A stretch of 64,000 nucleotides of DNA. Source: Coleofasciculus chthonoplastes F2-STO-03 (lineage in GTDB: Bacteria > Cyanobacteriota > Cyanobacteriia > Cyanobacteriales > Coleofasciculaceae). The notes under the pieces are model-generated. The model saw only the letters and a list, made by a program, of their open reading frames with translations. It made no database searches and had not been told where the DNA came from. Positions 61,797 through 64,000 of this stretch are shown here, one piece after another; the first letter of the stretch is position 1; every line of letters begins with the position of its first letter. The position numbers were made by a program, and so were the translations under genes. The stretch is from positions 1-64,000 of the forward strand of contig JAVJWO010000211.1 of the NCBI GenBank assembly GCA_040222015.1. Direction: 5' to 3'.

Positions 61797-62186
61797 ATGC
61801 TGAAACTTACTTATACTGAAAATAGCTTTTACCTAGAGCGTCTAGCGGGTTCTCTAGAGGAATGGGTGACTTCCCGGGTTATGTTGTCTCTACGAGCCGC
61901 ATCCAGCCTCTGGGTCGAATCTAGCACCGCTTCGTTTTTACTGCCTGTTGATATGCCTCACTTGGCTGACTTAGAAAAGGCGGTTCGGCAACAAATAATC
62001 GATGAGATTTCTCTGTCGATTTGCGATGCTAATTATATCGAAGTCACGCTGAAAGGCACTTGGATGACATCTAATCCCCATGGTGAAGAGGGTGTGTTTG
62101 TGGTCAAGTTAAGCGATCGCACCGAGTTTTTTCTCTGCAAACTGTGGCAGGAGTCGCAAACTTATGCCTCTGTTACCAATGAATAA
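61797..62186 (+). CDS. alr0857-family protein
   Basis: MLKLTYTE..LERL..SLEEWV; AGGAG RBS; follows HNH. Confidence 0.8.
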   Translation: MLKLTYTENSFYLERLAGSLEEWVTSRVMLSLRAASSLWVESSTASFLLPVDMPHLADLEKAVRQQIIDEISLSICDANYIEVTLKGTWMTSNPHGEEGVFVVKLSDRTEFFLCKLWQESQTYASVTNE

Positions 62187-62275
62187 GCGAGGGCGCACTG
62201 TCAGTAGTGCGCCTTTTCTGTATACGTCTTTTTCGGCTAAAGTGAGGCTGATAACCTTGCCAAAGAAATAGAGCC

Positions 62276-63121
62276 ATGAATACCAAGGTACTACTCCCAT
62301 TCTTAATCACCACCTTGCTGGTGAGTGGATCGGCAACACCGGGAATCGGGCGGGCTGAACCCCCGATTCAAGTCGCCCAATCCGTCTGGAAACCCTTCTC
62401 CTCAGCCGAAGGCAATTTCACTGTCTTAATGCCCGGTACACCTCGCCAAGAACAGAACACAATCAACACTGAATTAGCTCCACTCAACTTGAATGCATTT
62501 ACCGTTGAACGTCCCAACGAAGCGAACTATTTGGTGGCTTACTTTGATTTACCGGGGGATTTTAGCAATATGCTCCAAACTTCGGGTCAAATCAATGAGT
62601 TTTTAACCGGAGTGGTGCTAGGATTATCCGAAAGTATGGCGGGTCAACTATTAAATCAGCAAAGGATTAATTTAAATAATTATTCTGGCAAAGCATTTAA
62701 AATGCAGCACTCTGAAGATGTTGTTGGTAGATATCGGCTTTATTTAGTCAATCAACGGGTCTATTTATTAGGAGTCGGTACGTCCAAAGAAAACTATTTA
62801 CAAAAAAGTATTCAGGGCTTTTTTAATTCCTTCCGACTGGCGGGAGGCGCCACCGGAACAGTTCGTCCGGGAGACGCCACTGAAACAGTTCGTCCCCCTC
62901 GATCTAACCTCAATGCCCAATTACGACAAGCTGTCTGTACCCAAAACTGGTCACAAGCGATTAATGTTGTCAATCGGATGATCGGTCAGATTGACTCCCA
63001 AGACGTTCGGCAACAGTTACTCGATTATAAACAAAAATTGCAAGGTTTTGCCAGTTCCGATTCCGTGGTTCCAGCGAGTGAGTTACCCGATTGTTCGTCG
63101 GGAAATGGGGAAGGTAATTAA
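62276..63121 (+). CDS. Secreted hypothetical protein (PsbP-like fold possible)
   Basis: Signal peptide; WKPFSS.EG.F.VLMPG.P and FFNSF motifs. Confidence 0.75.
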   Translation: MNTKVLLPFLITTLLVSGSATPGIGRAEPPIQVAQSVWKPFSSAEGNFTVLMPGTPRQEQNTINTELAPLNLNAFTVERPNEANYLVAYFDLPGDFSNMLQTSGQINEFLTGVVLGLSESMAGQLLNQQRINLNNYSGKAFKMQHSEDVVGRYRLYLVNQRVYLLGVGTSKENYLQKSIQGFFNSFRLAGGATGTVRPGDATETVRPPRSNLNAQLRQAVCTQNWSQAINVVNRMIGQIDSQDVRQQLLDYKQKLQGFASSDSVVPASELPDCSSGNGEGN

Positions 63122-63126
63122 CGGAA

Positions 63127-64000
63127 TTACCCCGACTTAATCGGTAAACTGACGACAAATTCTGAACCCTGATCCAACTCTGAAATTACCTTAATTGTTC
63201 CTTGATGTTTCTCAATAATCTGATAGGAGATAGCCAAACCCATCCCTGTTCCTTTGCCAACGGGCTTAGTTGTAAAAAATGGATCGAATATTTTCGGTTT
63301 AATTTCTGGAGGAATCCCCGAACCTGTATCCCGAATTTTGATTTCAATTTGATTGGGAGCAATTTGCTGGGTTTGAATTAAAATCTGCCGTTTAGCCAAA
63401 CCTGACTTAACGCTTAGTTCATCGATGGCATTACTGATGATATTCATGAACACTTGATTTAGCTGCGCCGGATAGCACTCCATTAAAGGAATCTGCCCAT
63501 ACTGCTTAATCACCTCGATATCTTGAGTCAGGCGAGAATTTAAAATTAAAAGTGTATTATCCATCCCTTCATGAATATCAACTTGTTTCATTTCTGCCTC
63601 ATCGAGGCGAGAAAAATTTCGCAAGGATAGAATAATTTGGCGAATGCGTTCGCTTCCCACTTGCATGGAGTTCATGATTTTGGGTAAATCTTCACGGATA
63701 AACTGCAAATCTATGTCGTTAAGTTGAGTTTGAATCTCCGCTGAAGGATAGGGATAATGTTGCTGATACAGATGTAAGAGTTTGAGAATATCATGGGTAT
63801 AGTCTTGAGCATAAGTCAGATTACCATAAATAAAATTTACCGGATTATTAATTTCATGGGCAAGTCCAGCCACCATCTGTCCCAAACTGGACATTTTTTC
63901 ACTTTGAATCAGTTGAGCTTGGGCTTGTTGTAAGTCGCGAATTTGCGTAGCGACTCGTTGAATAAGATGATTTAGAGACGTGGCTAAAACTCCAATTTCA
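63127..64000 (-). CDS. Sensor histidine kinase, C-terminal part (continues beyond the window)
   Basis: [37 protein letters not shown]. Confidence 0.93.
   Translation of the reverse strand, partial: EIGVLATSLNHLIQRVATQIRDLQQAQAQLIQSEKMSSLGQMVAGLAHEINNPVNFIYGNLTYAQDYTHDILKLLHLYQQHYPYPSAEIQTQLNDIDLQFIREDLPKIMNSMQVGSERIRQIILSLRNFSRLDEAEMKQVDIHEGMDNTLLILNSRLTQDIEVIKQYGQIPLMECYPAQLNQVFMNIISNAIDELSVKSGLAKRQILIQTQQIAPNQIEIKIRDTGSGIPPEIKPKIFDPFFTTKPVGKGTGMGLAISYQIIEKHQGTIKVISELDQGSEFVVSLPIKSG

Overview
A 64-kb chromosomal window from a filamentous cyanobacterium. This rests on dense HIP1 GCGATCGC sites, STRR heptamer repeats, cphBA and xisHI; a Coleofasciculus/Oscillatoriales-like source is my inference. 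The housekeeping backbone includes perR-prx, Mn-catalase, tab2, rsmB, a hik2-like kinase, dacB, leuD, leuC, ppsA, bcp, udg, two exbD, trmD, cphBA and a trcR-like/HNH/alr0857-like locus. It is interspersed with one complete IS, three IS200/IS605 right-end remnants, many short palindromic repeats/MITEs and several internally collapsed pseudogenes. I saw no rRNA, tRNA or CRISPR array. The most notable region is ~50.1-58.9 kb. It holds an HTH-receiver regulator, an ECF sigma factor overlapping a TPR protein, three copies of a conserved ECF-like promoter and two CCGAC-repeat operator blocks. It also holds two unannotated homologous micro-ORFs (MWIWFRRR and MFIRWFRRF), each followed by the same hairpin, a stand-alone YopT/C58-like cysteine protease and an ABC exporter. 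Together these form a candidate self-contained peptide/ECF regulatory-export module, lying between two diverged ~450-bp direct repeats. All family calls come from motif recognition by eye, not from database searches.
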